Assembly (NCBI GenBank): GCA_050014195.1
Contig: JBEKDT010000005.1
Coordinates: 64,001 to 128,000 of the forward strand
From: Desulfomonilia bacterium
GTDB lineage: Bacteria; Desulfobacterota; Desulfomonilia; UBA1062
Length of the DNA: 64,000 nt
Reading direction: 5' to 3'
Within the stretch, counting starts at the first letter, position 1. Every line of letters starts with the position of its first letter. This document shows positions 42,236 to 51,840 of the stretch, piece after piece. Position numbers and translations under genes: made by a program. A model generated the notes under the pieces. It was not told where the DNA came from, did no database searches, and saw nothing but the letters and a program-made list of their open reading frames with translations.

Positions 42236-43838
42236 GTATATAGTTCTCACGGCTAGTTGTTGCTTTTTCCTTGTTGGTTGCACAGCTGCAAAGTTATTAA
42301 AGAAAGAGGATTTCTCTATCGAGAAGGAAAAGGCCAGCATAACACCTGTGGAAAAGGCAGAACCTTCACAGCCTTTATTGACGGTCAAGGTCGAACCTGT
42401 GAACCCGTTGAAGGGGAAGACCATAACACTCAATGCCAGTAATGCTGCATTCACCGATGTATTCTCTGCCATAGCACAAAGGGCCGGATTGGACCTGATA
42501 GTGGACTCCCGCCTCATTGCCGGGGAAGGGATCGGTATGTCCAATCTATCCCTTGATGCGGGAAAAGAGAAACAACAAACTAAGGGCCCCATCGTTCTCC
42601 CACCCGTTTCCATAGCCTTTAACAGGACGCCGCTTGAAGATGCCCTCGAGAATGTCTCTGTAGCATTGCACATATTCTACCAGGTGAACGGACACACCCT
42701 CATGGTAAGGGGCACTGAATCGAGAACGTATCACCTCAATTTCATCTCCTCCATGAAGGATACCGCCATGGCCGTAGGGGGGGATGTCCTGGGAGGCTCA
42801 TCGAATATCTCGTCGAACAGCAGCAGCGGCACGGGGAGTTCAAGCAGCAGCTCGTCGGTCAGCAGCTCAGGGAATAATCCCTTAAGCGGCACGTTTTCCA
42901 TCAAGGACAGCATCCCGGCAACCACCACCGACATATGTACCCAGATCGAAGACCAGGTAAAGGCCTCGCTTACCCGTGACGGAACATACTCCATCAACAG
43001 GGCCCTGGGTTTTCTCGAAGTCAATGACAGGAGAGACACCATAGAGCGTATCGATGCATACATAAAGACCATTAAGACATATTACAATTCACAGGTCCTG
43101 ATCACTGCCAAGATCATAGAGGTATCCCTTAATGATACCAGCCAGTACGGCATTGACTGGACAAGCACACACTTAAGCGCCAGCGGCTTTGCCTTCAACC
43201 CCATTCAGCAGACACTTGCGCTCTCTACGGATAATCTTACACCGGCATTCGAAGTCCAAGCACACTCGGATGTGCATGGCTTTGATGCCACCTTGAATGC
43301 ACTGGAGCAATTCGGAAACATCAAGGTCCTCTCGAACCCGCAGGTGCGGGTGACCAACGGCCAGCCGGCTATGATCAGTGTTGGAACAAACACTTCATAT
43401 ATCCAGCAGATAGAGCTCACCACCACCAGCACCCAAGGGGGGACATCGATCACCCAGCCTAACGTGACCCTCGGGTCTATCTTCGACGGCATCATGATGG
43501 GTGTCGTGCCGAATATCGACCTTGATACCGGCTCGGTAAACCTGAGCATCACCCCCATCAAGAGCCGCATCGAGAAGCTCGATGAACGCTCCATAAGCGG
43601 AAACACGTATACACTGCCGACGGTGGGGCTTGAGGAGGCATCCACCCAGATCCGGGTAAAAAGCGGAAACATCATCGCCCTAGGGGGGCTCATCAGCAAG
43701 AACCTCACGCAGCAGAACAATAGCATACCCATCTTAGGCGATATCCCTATTATCGGATACCTCTTCAGCCAGCAGACAAAGGGGGTTGAGACCGTCGAAT
43801 TGGTTATTCTCCTGGAGCCTACAATCCTGGCCCAGTAA
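42219..43838 (+). CDS. mshL: MshL-type lipoprotein secretin
   Basis: Lipobox LVGC, Ser-rich insert, QVLITAKIIEV, VLSNP, NGQPA, IPILGDIPIIGYLF. Confidence 0.85.
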   Translation: MSKYIKYIVLTASCCFFLVGCTAAKLLKKEDFSIEKEKASITPVEKAEPSQPLLTVKVEPVNPLKGKTITLNASNAAFTDVFSAIAQRAGLDLIVDSRLIAGEGIGMSNLSLDAGKEKQQTKGPIVLPPVSIAFNRTPLEDALENVSVALHIFYQVNGHTLMVRGTESRTYHLNFISSMKDTAMAVGGDVLGGSSNISSNSSSGTGSSSSSSSVSSSGNNPLSGTFSIKDSIPATTTDICTQIEDQVKASLTRDGTYSINRALGFLEVNDRRDTIERIDAYIKTIKTYYNSQVLITAKIIEVSLNDTSQYGIDWTSTHLSASGFAFNPIQQTLALSTDNLTPAFEVQAHSDVHGFDATLNALEQFGNIKVLSNPQVRVTNGQPAMISVGTNTSYIQQIELTTTSTQGGTSITQPNVTLGSIFDGIMMGVVPNIDLDTGSVNLSITPIKSRIEKLDERSISGNTYTLPTVGLEEASTQIRVKSGNIIALGGLISKNLTQQNNSIPILGDIPIIGYLFSQQTKGVETVELVILLEPTILAQ

Positions 43839-43906
43839 TGAACGGCAGGGTATAAAACAATCGGAAACATCCCCGTTCCTGCAAAATGGCATATGGTGTG
43901 CGCTTC

Positions 43907-44764
43907 TTACCGCTCGGTCATGCCTTTGAGCATGGAGATGAGCTTTTCATCGGGTTGTCCGGACATATCCCCGAGATGAATAAGCGGTTTTATGCGCTCT
44001 CCATGGAAGTCCGATCCCGCGCTTAACAACAGATTGAGGGACCTTGCCTTCCCGGCAAGGCGATCTGTCATCATGGCAGTATGATGTGTGCTGTAGGCCT
44101 CGATCCCGGTAAGACCTTCGTCTTTCAGTCCCTTCAGGAAATCCGTTCCTGCATCCCCTGGGTGGGCAAGGATAAGCACCCCTGATCCCTTCAGCAGCCT
44201 CACCGTATCGATGAGATCGGGCAGGGCTGAGCGAACAATGGTTCCGATATCGCCTAACGCATAATCCTGATAAAAGTTCAGAAAAGGAGATACAGCCTTC
44301 GGTCCTGAGAGGTACTCCTGAAGCCTTTTGTCCCCGCGATTCCTCCTGATCAATGCATTGAGAAAGGTTACACCGGTCGGGACAGAGTGTCCCCAACTCT
44401 CTATATCCTCCTTCTTTATATCAAAACCCATCTTTGAGAAGATATCGAGGACCTCATGGGCCTTATCCCAGATGGTCTGAGAGTGATGATCAAGGAATTT
44501 CTTCAACGTTTCATCATCTGTATGAAACCCATAGATCAGGAGGTGATACTCCCTTTGATGAAATACTGTTGAAATTTCTACGCCCGTGAAAAAACTCAAG
44601 TGGCATGAAGCGGCCAGGCGCATACCTTCGGCCGCGGCAGAGATGTCCATGTGATCCGTGAAGGCCAACCCTTTAAGATTACACCCTAAAGCCATATGCA
44701 GGATTTTCTCAGGCGTATATTGCCCGTCTGAAGAATGTGATGTATGGATGTGGAGGTCATACAT
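43907..44764 (-). CDS. PHP-domain phosphoesterase (TrpH/YciV-like)
   Basis: DLHIHTSHSSDG, FTDH, GVEIS, LAHP, GSDFHG. Confidence 0.9.
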   Translation of the reverse strand: MYDLHIHTSHSSDGQYTPEKILHMALGCNLKGLAFTDHMDISAAAEGMRLAASCHLSFFTGVEISTVFHQREYHLLIYGFHTDDETLKKFLDHHSQTIWDKAHEVLDIFSKMGFDIKKEDIESWGHSVPTGVTFLNALIRRNRGDKRLQEYLSGPKAVSPFLNFYQDYALGDIGTIVRSALPDLIDTVRLLKGSGVLILAHPGDAGTDFLKGLKDEGLTGIEAYSTHHTAMMTDRLAGKARSLNLLLSAGSDFHGERIKPLIHLGDMSGQPDEKLISMLKGMTER

Positions 44765-44770
44765 GGCGGG

Positions 44771-44798
44771 TAAATCCTATCATTAGGGATGCCGATAA
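44771..44798 (+). promoter_or_regulatory. Sigma28 (FliA/WhiG)-type promoter upstream of the LOG gene
   Basis: TAAA-N16-GCCGATAA, consensus elements, 34 nt before ATG 44833. Confidence 0.6.
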
Positions 44799-44832
44799 GG
44801 CAATTGATGGTTGTGCCGTCAAGGAGCGCCGG

Positions 44833-45483
44833 ATGAAAAGCGACAAATACCTCATTGATCAGATCAAACCCCAGGAATCCTGGAGGATATTCCGCATCAT
44901 GGCGGAATTTGTGGACGGCATTGAGAATCTGTCCCCTTTGGAGCCCGCGGTTACCATCTTCGGGTCTGCCAGGTCAAAGCCCGGAGACAAGTACTACAAG
45001 ATGGCCGAAGATCTTGGACGGATGCTGGCCGAAGAAGGATTCTCCGTGATTACGGGTGGAGGCCCGGGCATTATGGAGGCGGCGAACAAGGGGGCCTTTG
45101 AAGCAGGCGGCCAGTCAGTGGGCCTCAATATCGTGCTGCCCTTTGAGCAGAAGCTCAACCCCTACACGACCATCCACATCAACTTCAGATATTTCTTCGT
45201 GCGCAAGGTCATGTTCGTTAGGTATGCCATGAGTTATGTCATCTTCCCGGGCGGGTTCGGGACCATGGACGAGCTCTTTGAGGCCCTCACCCTTATTCAG
45301 ACCGACAAGCTCAAGCCCTTCCCGGTGATCATGATCGGTTCCGAATACTGGGCCGGCCTCCTCGAATGGATCAACGACACCATGCTCAAAGAGGGCATGA
45401 TCCTGACCGAGGACAGATCCATCTTCACCCTGGTGGACTCCCCGAACGATGCCGTGGAGATCATCAAGAATTCAAAGATCTAG
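44833..45483 (+). CDS. LOG family nucleotide monophosphate nucleosidase (TIGR00730)
   Basis: VTIFGSAR, TGGGPGIMEAAN, RKVMF, PGGFGTMDE. Confidence 0.92.
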   Translation: MKSDKYLIDQIKPQESWRIFRIMAEFVDGIENLSPLEPAVTIFGSARSKPGDKYYKMAEDLGRMLAEEGFSVITGGGPGIMEAANKGAFEAGGQSVGLNIVLPFEQKLNPYTTIHINFRYFFVRKVMFVRYAMSYVIFPGGFGTMDELFEALTLIQTDKLKPFPVIMIGSEYWAGLLEWINDTMLKEGMILTEDRSIFTLVDSPNDAVEIIKNSKI

Positions 45484-45490
45484 TGAGGCC

Positions 45491-46300
45491 CTATCCTTTC
45501 CCGGACATGCTCTCCGCCCTTTTATAAGCTGCAGTGACCGCATCGATAACAGCCGAGCGGAACCCCTTGGACTCCAGGACCGCAATACCCTCAATGGTCG
45601 TGCCGGAGGGGGAGGTCACCATATCCTTGAGCTGACCGGGATGTCTTCCGAGTTCCAGGACCATGGATGCCGCACCCCGCATGGTAGCAGCTGCAAGCCT
45701 TAAGGACACATCCCTCGGCAGCCCGGCCTTCACGGCCCCGTCGGATAGTGCCTCCATGAACAGAAAACAGAATGCAGGGCCAGAGCCTGAAAGGGCAGTG
45801 ACGGCATTGATAAATTTCTCTTCCATGTGAATGCATATGCCCACTGCGGAGAATATGGCATGCGCAGTCTGTTCGTCATGTTCCGTGCACGATGGAGATG
45901 GAGCAAAGACCGAAGCCCCTTCCAATACGAGAGAAGGGGTGTTTGGCATGACCCTCACGATCCTGGCCTTTTCTCCAAGCACATCGAGCATGCTGTTCAG
46001 GGTTATACCCGCAGCAATGCTGATGACGAGCTTCTTGGCAAGAAAACCCTTGATTTCTTTCGTCAGCGGCAGGATCTGATCGGGTTTGACCGCAAGGATT
46101 ACGACATCCCGTGAACGAGCCAATTCCTGAGCCGAAGAGGCTCCATCGACTCCGAAGGACGACCTCAGATAGTCCATGCGGTCCGGTCTGATATCGAACA
46201 CGCTGATATCATGGGGTGCTATCAATGCTTTCCTGATCAGACCGGAAATGATCGCCTCCGCCATATTGCCTGCACCGATGAAGCCGAGTGGTTTCATCAC
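45491..46300 (-). CDS. proC: Pyrroline-5-carboxylate reductase
   Basis: GFIGAGNMA, LAVKP, RVMPNTP, SGSGPA, VTSPSGTT. Confidence 0.95.
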   Translation of the reverse strand: MMKPLGFIGAGNMAEAIISGLIRKALIAPHDISVFDIRPDRMDYLRSSFGVDGASSAQELARSRDVVILAVKPDQILPLTKEIKGFLAKKLVISIAAGITLNSMLDVLGEKARIVRVMPNTPSLVLEGASVFAPSPSCTEHDEQTAHAIFSAVGICIHMEEKFINAVTALSGSGPAFCFLFMEALSDGAVKAGLPRDVSLRLAAATMRGAASMVLELGRHPGQLKDMVTSPSGTTIEGIAVLESKGFRSAVIDAVTAAYKRAESMSGKG

Positions 46301-46386
46301 ACCCCCTTACCATGCACTTGATGCATCATAGGATTGCCATAGTATGCATGCTTACGTCAACCTTCGGATCCGCCCAAGAAAATATG

Positions 46387-46414
46387 TAAACTTCTCCTTA
46401 AAAATATCCGATAC
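46387..46414 (+). promoter_or_regulatory. Putative sigma28-type promoter of the TPR gene
   Basis: TAAA-N16-TCCGATAC ending 9 nt before ATG 46424. Confidence 0.5.
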
Positions 46415-46423
46415 TTTTACTAT

Positions 46424-47323
46424 ATGGACCGCTCAAAATACCTCAGAAAAATTCAAGGTGTTTTCTTCGAGGAATCCACCATCACCTTGGGAACCGGCAA
46501 CACGCAGAAGACACAAAAGGTGAAGAACTACTGCCAGGCAGATCAGATCGATGAAGAGAAGGTCAAGCTTACCTTCCTGGGAAATGAGGGAAAACCTACG
46601 GGCATTGTCATCGAGATCGCCTACGATGAGTTCCTGAAACGATATACCCTTGACCCCAACTACCGGGTAAAGACCAAGGATGAGGCGGAACGGGACAGGC
46701 ATATAGCCGTTGCCGAAAAGCAAAGGGCGCGCGGAGAGCACTACTCTGCCGAATTTGAGTACACGAATGCCCTGAAGATCGACCCTGAAAGCGTACGCGC
46801 CAACTTCGGCATCGGGACCCTGTATATGGAGATGGGTGATACCGGCAAGGCCAAAGAGGTCTTCCAGAAGCTCTCGGAGATCGAGGCCATCTTTGAAGAA
46901 GATAATAAGCACATCTTCAACGAGTTCGGTATCGAGCTGAGAAAGGCCAACATGATTGATGAGGCATTTGCCAACTACCAGAAGGCCATCACCATCTCAC
47001 CGCAAGATGAGCATCTCTATTTCAATGTAGCCCGGATTCATTATGATAAAAAAGAATGGGACAATGCCCTTAAGTGGCTGCAAAAGGCCCTTGAGATCAA
47101 CCCCCACTTCAGGGACGCCCAGATCTTCGAAACACTCATCATGAAGGAGATGAAGGAACAGGGTATTACCCCGGACACCATTAAGGAAGAATCTGGGAAA
47201 GCCGCTCTGTCTGCGGAATCACCCGATGGAGAAGAGGGTGAACCTGATGCCGGTACGAAGGAAAAACCTCCTGTTGAAGTGAATAAGAGCGCTCCCCCTC
47301 AGAGACAGACGGTAAAGCAATAG
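46424..47323 (+). CDS. TPR-repeat protein
   Basis: SAEFEY, VRANFGIG, HIFNEFGIELRK, DEHLYFNVAR TPR motifs. Confidence 0.85.
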   Translation: MDRSKYLRKIQGVFFEESTITLGTGNTQKTQKVKNYCQADQIDEEKVKLTFLGNEGKPTGIVIEIAYDEFLKRYTLDPNYRVKTKDEAERDRHIAVAEKQRARGEHYSAEFEYTNALKIDPESVRANFGIGTLYMEMGDTGKAKEVFQKLSEIEAIFEEDNKHIFNEFGIELRKANMIDEAFANYQKAITISPQDEHLYFNVARIHYDKKEWDNALKWLQKALEINPHFRDAQIFETLIMKEMKEQGITPDTIKEESGKAALSAESPDGEEGEPDAGTKEKPPVEVNKSAPPQRQTVKQ

Positions 47324-47386
47324 CCATATAGCCCTCTTGCTGATTTTCTTATCATGACATGTTCCTATACGACTTTGTACCAGCCT

Positions 47387-48004
47387 CTATCCTTTAGCCT
47401 TCGTGGCCTCCTCTTTCAACCGGACATAGGCAATCTCCACCTGTTTGCGGGTCTCGTCTTTTGATGCACTGTTGTCGATGAGCAGAGAAGCATAGCTGCG
47501 CTTTTCTTCGATTGATATCTGGGCGCGGACTCTTTTGAGGGCCTCTTCCTTGCTGATCTTGTCCCTTATCATGAGCCGCGTGATCTGCATATCCAAAGGA
47601 CAGTATACCACGATGACCTCACTTAAGCCCTTGTGCATGCCCGTCTCGATGAGCAGCGGCACATCGAGAATGACCACCGCATCAGGGGAGCCGACCTTGA
47701 TGGAGCCGATCCGCTCATTCATGGCCCTTATGACCTCGGGGTGGACGGCCTCTTCGAGCATCCTGCGCATGGCCGCATCGTTGAACACCAACCGCCCCAG
47801 GTGCTCCCTATCGATCTCACCGGTCTTCTGAAGGATCCCCTTGCCGAAGATCTCAATGATCTTGTCCCAGGCCCTCATGCCGGGGGCCACCACCTCGCGG
47901 GCCGAAGCATCTGCATCGACGATGAATGCACCAAGGTCCTTGAGGATGAAAGAGACTGTGGATTTCCCGGTAGCTATCGAGCCTGTAAGCCCGGCAACGA
48001 GCAT
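47387..48004 (-). CDS. coaE: Dephospho-CoA kinase
   Basis: GLTGSIATGKST, VDAD, HP, DVPLLIE. Confidence 0.95.
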   Translation of the reverse strand: MLVAGLTGSIATGKSTVSFILKDLGAFIVDADASAREVVAPGMRAWDKIIEIFGKGILQKTGEIDREHLGRLVFNDAAMRRMLEEAVHPEVIRAMNERIGSIKVGSPDAVVILDVPLLIETGMHKGLSEVIVVYCPLDMQITRLMIRDKISKEEALKRVRAQISIEEKRSYASLLIDNSASKDETRKQVEIAYVRLKEEATKAKG

Positions 48005-48714
48005 GACTCCCCCCCGATGAGCGAGATGTTCCTGCCGGTATGCTCACCTTCCCTCCGGTAGGAAAAAAATGTCTCCCTGGTGCAGCACGTGCAGGACTGC
48101 ACATGGTGAATCATATCCGGTGACACGCCCGCGTTTTGCGCCTGCAGGGCTGCTATGCGGTGAAGGTCCACAGAGAGCCTCCCATCCATGGTATGGTCGG
48201 TATCAGCTTGAAGGGCGTCGATGACCTCCCGGCCCACTGCATAACAGCATGGTCCGATGGCAGGCCCCATACTCACGTGGATCTGCTGTGCGCCGCCGGC
48301 GCGCATGAGATGAACCGCCTTGGTGACGATCTTTTGTGCCAGACCCCTCCAGCCTGCATGCACGGCCGCGATCACAGGACTGTCATCGGCCCACATAAGG
48401 ATCGGAACGCAATCGGCAGTACGGACACATAAAACAAAACTTCCGTCATGGGAAATGACCCCATCCGCCTCAGGGAATACACCAGGGGCTACATCCTCGG
48501 CACGGATAATCCTGTCGGAGTGGATCTGCTGAAGACAGATGATACGGCTGCCGGGCAGGAGCTCCCTGAGCCTTCCTTCCACAGACCCCGGGCTCCTGTC
48601 CAGGTCTTTTGTCACCTCTTTTGTGCAGAATACCCCTTGCATATAATGAGCTATAGCGTACAAGGCCGTCATCTGACAAGGAGAAGCCTTGTGCTTCCAT
48701 CCGGTAGGGTGCAT
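47974..48714 (-). CDS. pgeF: Peptidoglycan editing factor PgeF/YfiH
   Basis: QIHS, EADG, TADCVPI, HAGWRG, GPAIGPCCY, FFSYRR; start uncertain. Confidence 0.88.
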   Translation of the reverse strand: MHPTGWKHKASPCQMTALYAIAHYMQGVFCTKEVTKDLDRSPGSVEGRLRELLPGSRIICLQQIHSDRIIRAEDVAPGVFPEADGVISHDGSFVLCVRTADCVPILMWADDSPVIAAVHAGWRGLAQKIVTKAVHLMRAGGAQQIHVSMGPAIGPCCYAVGREVIDALQADTDHTMDGRLSVDLHRIAALQAQNAGVSPDMIHHVQSCTCCTRETFFSYRREGEHTGRNISLIGGESCSLPGLQAR

Positions 48715-48735
48715 CCGGTTTAAGGCTTTTGTTGC

Positions 48736-48764
48736 TTGACAATGACCTACCCTGCATGTAAATA
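48736..48764 (+). promoter_or_regulatory. Candidate sigma70 promoter of the rpmH operon
   Basis: TTGACA-N17-TAAATA. Confidence 0.5.
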
Positions 48765-48800
48765 CTTACCGCTCAAAACTATTTGAATTTGAGGTAATTC

Positions 48801-48935
48801 ATGAAGCGCACATTTCAACCGCACAATACAAGGCGGAAACGTACGCACGGATTCCTGATTCGTATGCGCACCAAAGGCGGCAGGCTGGTCATCAACCGGA
48901 GGAGGGCCAAGGGACGGAAACGTCTGTCGGTCTGA
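48801..48935 (+). CDS. rpmH: 50S ribosomal protein L34
   Basis: Hand translation [44 protein letters not shown]. Confidence 0.97.
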   Translation: MKRTFQPHNTRRKRTHGFLIRMRTKGGRLVINRRRAKGRKRLSV

Positions 48936-49303
48936 TGTCAGACGAGACATTCCCCCGGATAGAGCGGCTGAGGAAAAGGATTGATTTCAAAAGGGCTGAA
49001 AAGAACAAGGTTGCGCGTCTGGTCACCAAACACCTGGTCATCCTTGCTGCCCCAAACGACTGCACCCATGCCCGCATCGGTATTACCGCAAGCAGGAAGA
49101 TCGGCGGTGCTGTTATAAGAAACAGGATAAAAAGGCTCTTGCGAGAGATTTACCGAAGAAACAAGCATCTGTTTCCTCAAGGCCATGATTATATCCTGAT
49201 CGCAAAAAACGACATGACGGATATTGCGTACCAAGACCTGCTTCAGGAGATAGCAAGGGCTATTGGATCACACACATGGGAAAAGCAATACTCATTGCAC
49301 TGA
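48935..49303 (+). CDS. rnpA: Ribonuclease P protein component
   Basis: [25 protein letters not shown]. Confidence 0.95.
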   Translation: MSDETFPRIERLRKRIDFKRAEKNKVARLVTKHLVILAAPNDCTHARIGITASRKIGGAVIRNRIKRLLREIYRRNKHLFPQGHDYILIAKNDMTDIAYQDLLQEIARAIGSHTWEKQYSLH

Positions 49304-49485
49304 TACGCCTCTACCAGGAGGCCGTCTCGCCGATGCTCACGCCCTCATGCAGATTTCACCCAAGCTGCTCTGAGTATGCAGCCCAGGCCATAGAGAAGTA
49401 TGGTACGGCACGAGGCCTCCTGAAAGCGGCCTGGAGAGTGCTTCGCTGCAACCCGTTTCACAAAGGCGGATTCGATCCCGTGTAA
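49276..49485 (+). CDS. yidD: Membrane protein insertion efficiency factor
   Basis: YQ..SP...[11 protein letters not shown]...[13 protein letters not shown]. Confidence 0.95.
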   Translation: MGKAILIALIRLYQEAVSPMLTPSCRFHPSCSEYAAQAIEKYGTARGLLKAAWRVLRCNPFHKGGFDPV

Positions 49486-49509
49486 TACTCATCCGGAGAT
49501 GAAGACAAG

Positions 49510-51096
49510 ATGGAAAAGAGGACCCTGCTTGCCATAGTTTTATCAATGGCCATTCTGTTTGTCTGGGGTATTGTATTTGACCAAACAAAAATAAAAGGCA
49601 CACCACAGCCAAAACAGAAGACCGTAACCGTCACACCGAACCAGCCGGCAAAACCCATGGACGTTGCATCCCCTGCGGCAACTCCTCAGTCAAACATCAA
49701 GTCAGCAAGCGCTGTTGTTGTGGAAACTCCCTTATATACAGCCACATTCACCACCAAAGGCGCCGAGCTCGTCTCTCTGAAATTGAAAAAATACTTAACC
49801 ACCATGGATAAAGATGCAAAGCCGGTGGAGCTCTTAAAGGCTCCTATGCCCACACTCCTGCTGAATGGCGGCTTTTCGGATGCGGGCCTTATGTATGAAT
49901 CCTCCCAACAGGGCACCATCACTGCATCCGATACACCACTGGCAATCGAGTTCCGTACAGAGGCTTCAGCGGGTATCACATTAAAAAAGATATTTTCCAT
50001 AGACCCCAAGACCTATCTGCTGGGATATCAGACCGTTATCGAGAATCACACCGCCGCACCAGTGTCCGCTTCGGGAGAAATCCTGTTCAATAATTCCTAT
50101 CCCCTGGATGAAAAACGAAGCGGTTACGCCTTTGAAGGCCCGGTCCTGCTGAATGACAAGCACCTTGAGGAATTCAAGTTGGACAAGGTCAAGAATGTCG
50201 GGAGTTATAGGGATTTCACCGGAGAGATCAAATGGTTCGGGTTTGAGGACAAATATTTCCTCCAGACCATCATACTCAAGGCCGCATCAAGCACCACGCT
50301 CACGCTCAAGCGCACCGATGAAAAGACTGTTGAGGTCCACTATGCCTTTGCACCTGCAACTATTCAGGCCGGATCGGCTCTCATCAAGGACAATCTCATA
50401 TTCATAGGCCCCAAACAGCTGAAAACTCTGGAGTCTGCGGGTTATGACTTGAACAAGGCGCTGGATTTCGGCTTCTTCGACATCATTGCCAAGCCCCTGC
50501 TCATCGCCATGAACTGGATTTATAAATACGTGGGGAGTTACGGGTGGACCATTATCATCCTGACAATCCTCATCAAGATCGTGCTCTATCCGTTGACCCT
50601 GAAGAGCTTCACCTCCATGAAGGAGCTCCAGAAGATCCAGCCGCTCATGAAGGAGATCCAGCAACAATACAAGGATGACAAGCAGAAGATGAATCAGGAG
50701 CTCATGCGGCTCTATCAGGAGCACAAGATAAATCCCATGGGCGGCTGCCTTCCCATGCTCCTGCAGATCCCTATCCTCTTTGCCCTCTACCGGGTTTTTT
50801 ACCAGGCCATCGAGCTGAGACACACACCCTTCCACATCGTCGGGACCTACCTGCCTGATCTCTCTGCTATGGACCCGTACTTCATCACCCCCATCCTCAT
50901 GGGGGGCAGCCAGTTCGTTATGCAGAAAATGACACCGACTACCGGTGACCCCACCCAGCAGAAGGTCATGCTCTTCATGCCCGTGGTCTTCACCTTCCTG
51001 TTCTTAAAATTCCCATCCGGCCTTGTCATCTACTGGCTTGTGAGCAACATCCTCTCAATCGCCCAGCAGGCCTATATAAACAGGAAACACGCTTAG
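49510..51096 (+). CDS. yidC: Membrane protein insertase YidC
   Basis: DFG, YGWTII, NPMGGCLPMLLQIP, PSGLVIYW. Confidence 0.97.
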   Translation: MEKRTLLAIVLSMAILFVWGIVFDQTKIKGTPQPKQKTVTVTPNQPAKPMDVASPAATPQSNIKSASAVVVETPLYTATFTTKGAELVSLKLKKYLTTMDKDAKPVELLKAPMPTLLLNGGFSDAGLMYESSQQGTITASDTPLAIEFRTEASAGITLKKIFSIDPKTYLLGYQTVIENHTAAPVSASGEILFNNSYPLDEKRSGYAFEGPVLLNDKHLEEFKLDKVKNVGSYRDFTGEIKWFGFEDKYFLQTIILKAASSTTLTLKRTDEKTVEVHYAFAPATIQAGSALIKDNLIFIGPKQLKTLESAGYDLNKALDFGFFDIIAKPLLIAMNWIYKYVGSYGWTIIILTILIKIVLYPLTLKSFTSMKELQKIQPLMKEIQQQYKDDKQKMNQELMRLYQEHKINPMGGCLPMLLQIPILFALYRVFYQAIELRHTPFHIVGTYLPDLSAMDPYFITPILMGGSQFVMQKMTPTTGDPTQQKVMLFMPVVFTFLFLKFPSGLVIYWLVSNILSIAQQAYINRKHA

Positions 51097-51105
51097 GAGA
51101 GAAGA

Positions 51106-51840
51106 ATGGATCAGGATTATAAAGAATTTGAAGCCAAGACCGTGGATGAGGCCATCATCCTCGCCATGAAAACCTTTCATGCTGATTTTGAAGACCTCGA
51201 CATCAAGGTCCTTTCCGAAGGCTCCAAGGGACTGTTTGGTCTCGTGGGGACAAAGACGGCAAAGATAATGGCCAGACGAGCAAAGGCCGTACCAAAACAG
51301 ACCTCGACCATCATAGAAGATAAGACAACTCCTGCCGCTGTATCTGAACCGAAGCCGATACCACGTACCGAGGCACAAGCACCTACACAAGATGACCTCC
51401 TTGAGGCAAGGGAGATCATCAGCATGCTCTTAAAGTTCATGAATATGCCCTGCGAGATCAAAATCCGCGAAGAGGGTCTCCTTGAGATTATAGGTGACGG
51501 CTCAGGGCTGATCATCGGAAAGCGCGGGCAGACGCTCGATTCACTGCAGTTCCTTCTTAACCGGATCGTAAACAAGTCAAAGCAGGAACCTATTTATATC
51601 ACACTGGATACGGAAGGGTACCGCCAAAGGCATGTGAACCATCTCAAGGCCATGGCACTGAAAATGGGGCAAAAGGCAAGGCGTACAGGCCAGTCCATCT
51701 CTCTGGAAAAGATGAACCCTTATGACCGCAGGATTATCCACCTTGCCCTCAAGAACGAGAACGGGCTCAATACCAAGAGTATCGGCGAGGGCATCTATAA
51801 AAAAGTGGTAATCGTACCGAGGAAGGCATCGAGACAGTAA
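51106..51840 (+). CDS. jag: Jag/EloR/KhpB RNA-binding protein (Jag_N, KH, R3H)
   Basis: KTVDEAI, LIIGKRGQTLDSLQ, RRIIH. Confidence 0.93.
   Translation: MDQDYKEFEAKTVDEAIILAMKTFHADFEDLDIKVLSEGSKGLFGLVGTKTAKIMARRAKAVPKQTSTIIEDKTTPAAVSEPKPIPRTEAQAPTQDDLLEAREIISMLLKFMNMPCEIKIREEGLLEIIGDGSGLIIGKRGQTLDSLQFLLNRIVNKSKQEPIYITLDTEGYRQRHVNHLKAMALKMGQKARRTGQSISLEKMNPYDRRIIHLALKNENGLNTKSIGEGIYKKVVIVPRKASRQ

Noticed and set aside
42815-42870. agc-rich repeat in the secretin as a phase-variable tract
   Set aside because: Imperfect, in-frame Ser-rich linker typical of MshL-type secretins
48715-48800. oriC next to rpmH
   Set aside because: Short gap with no DnaA boxes seen and no dnaA gene
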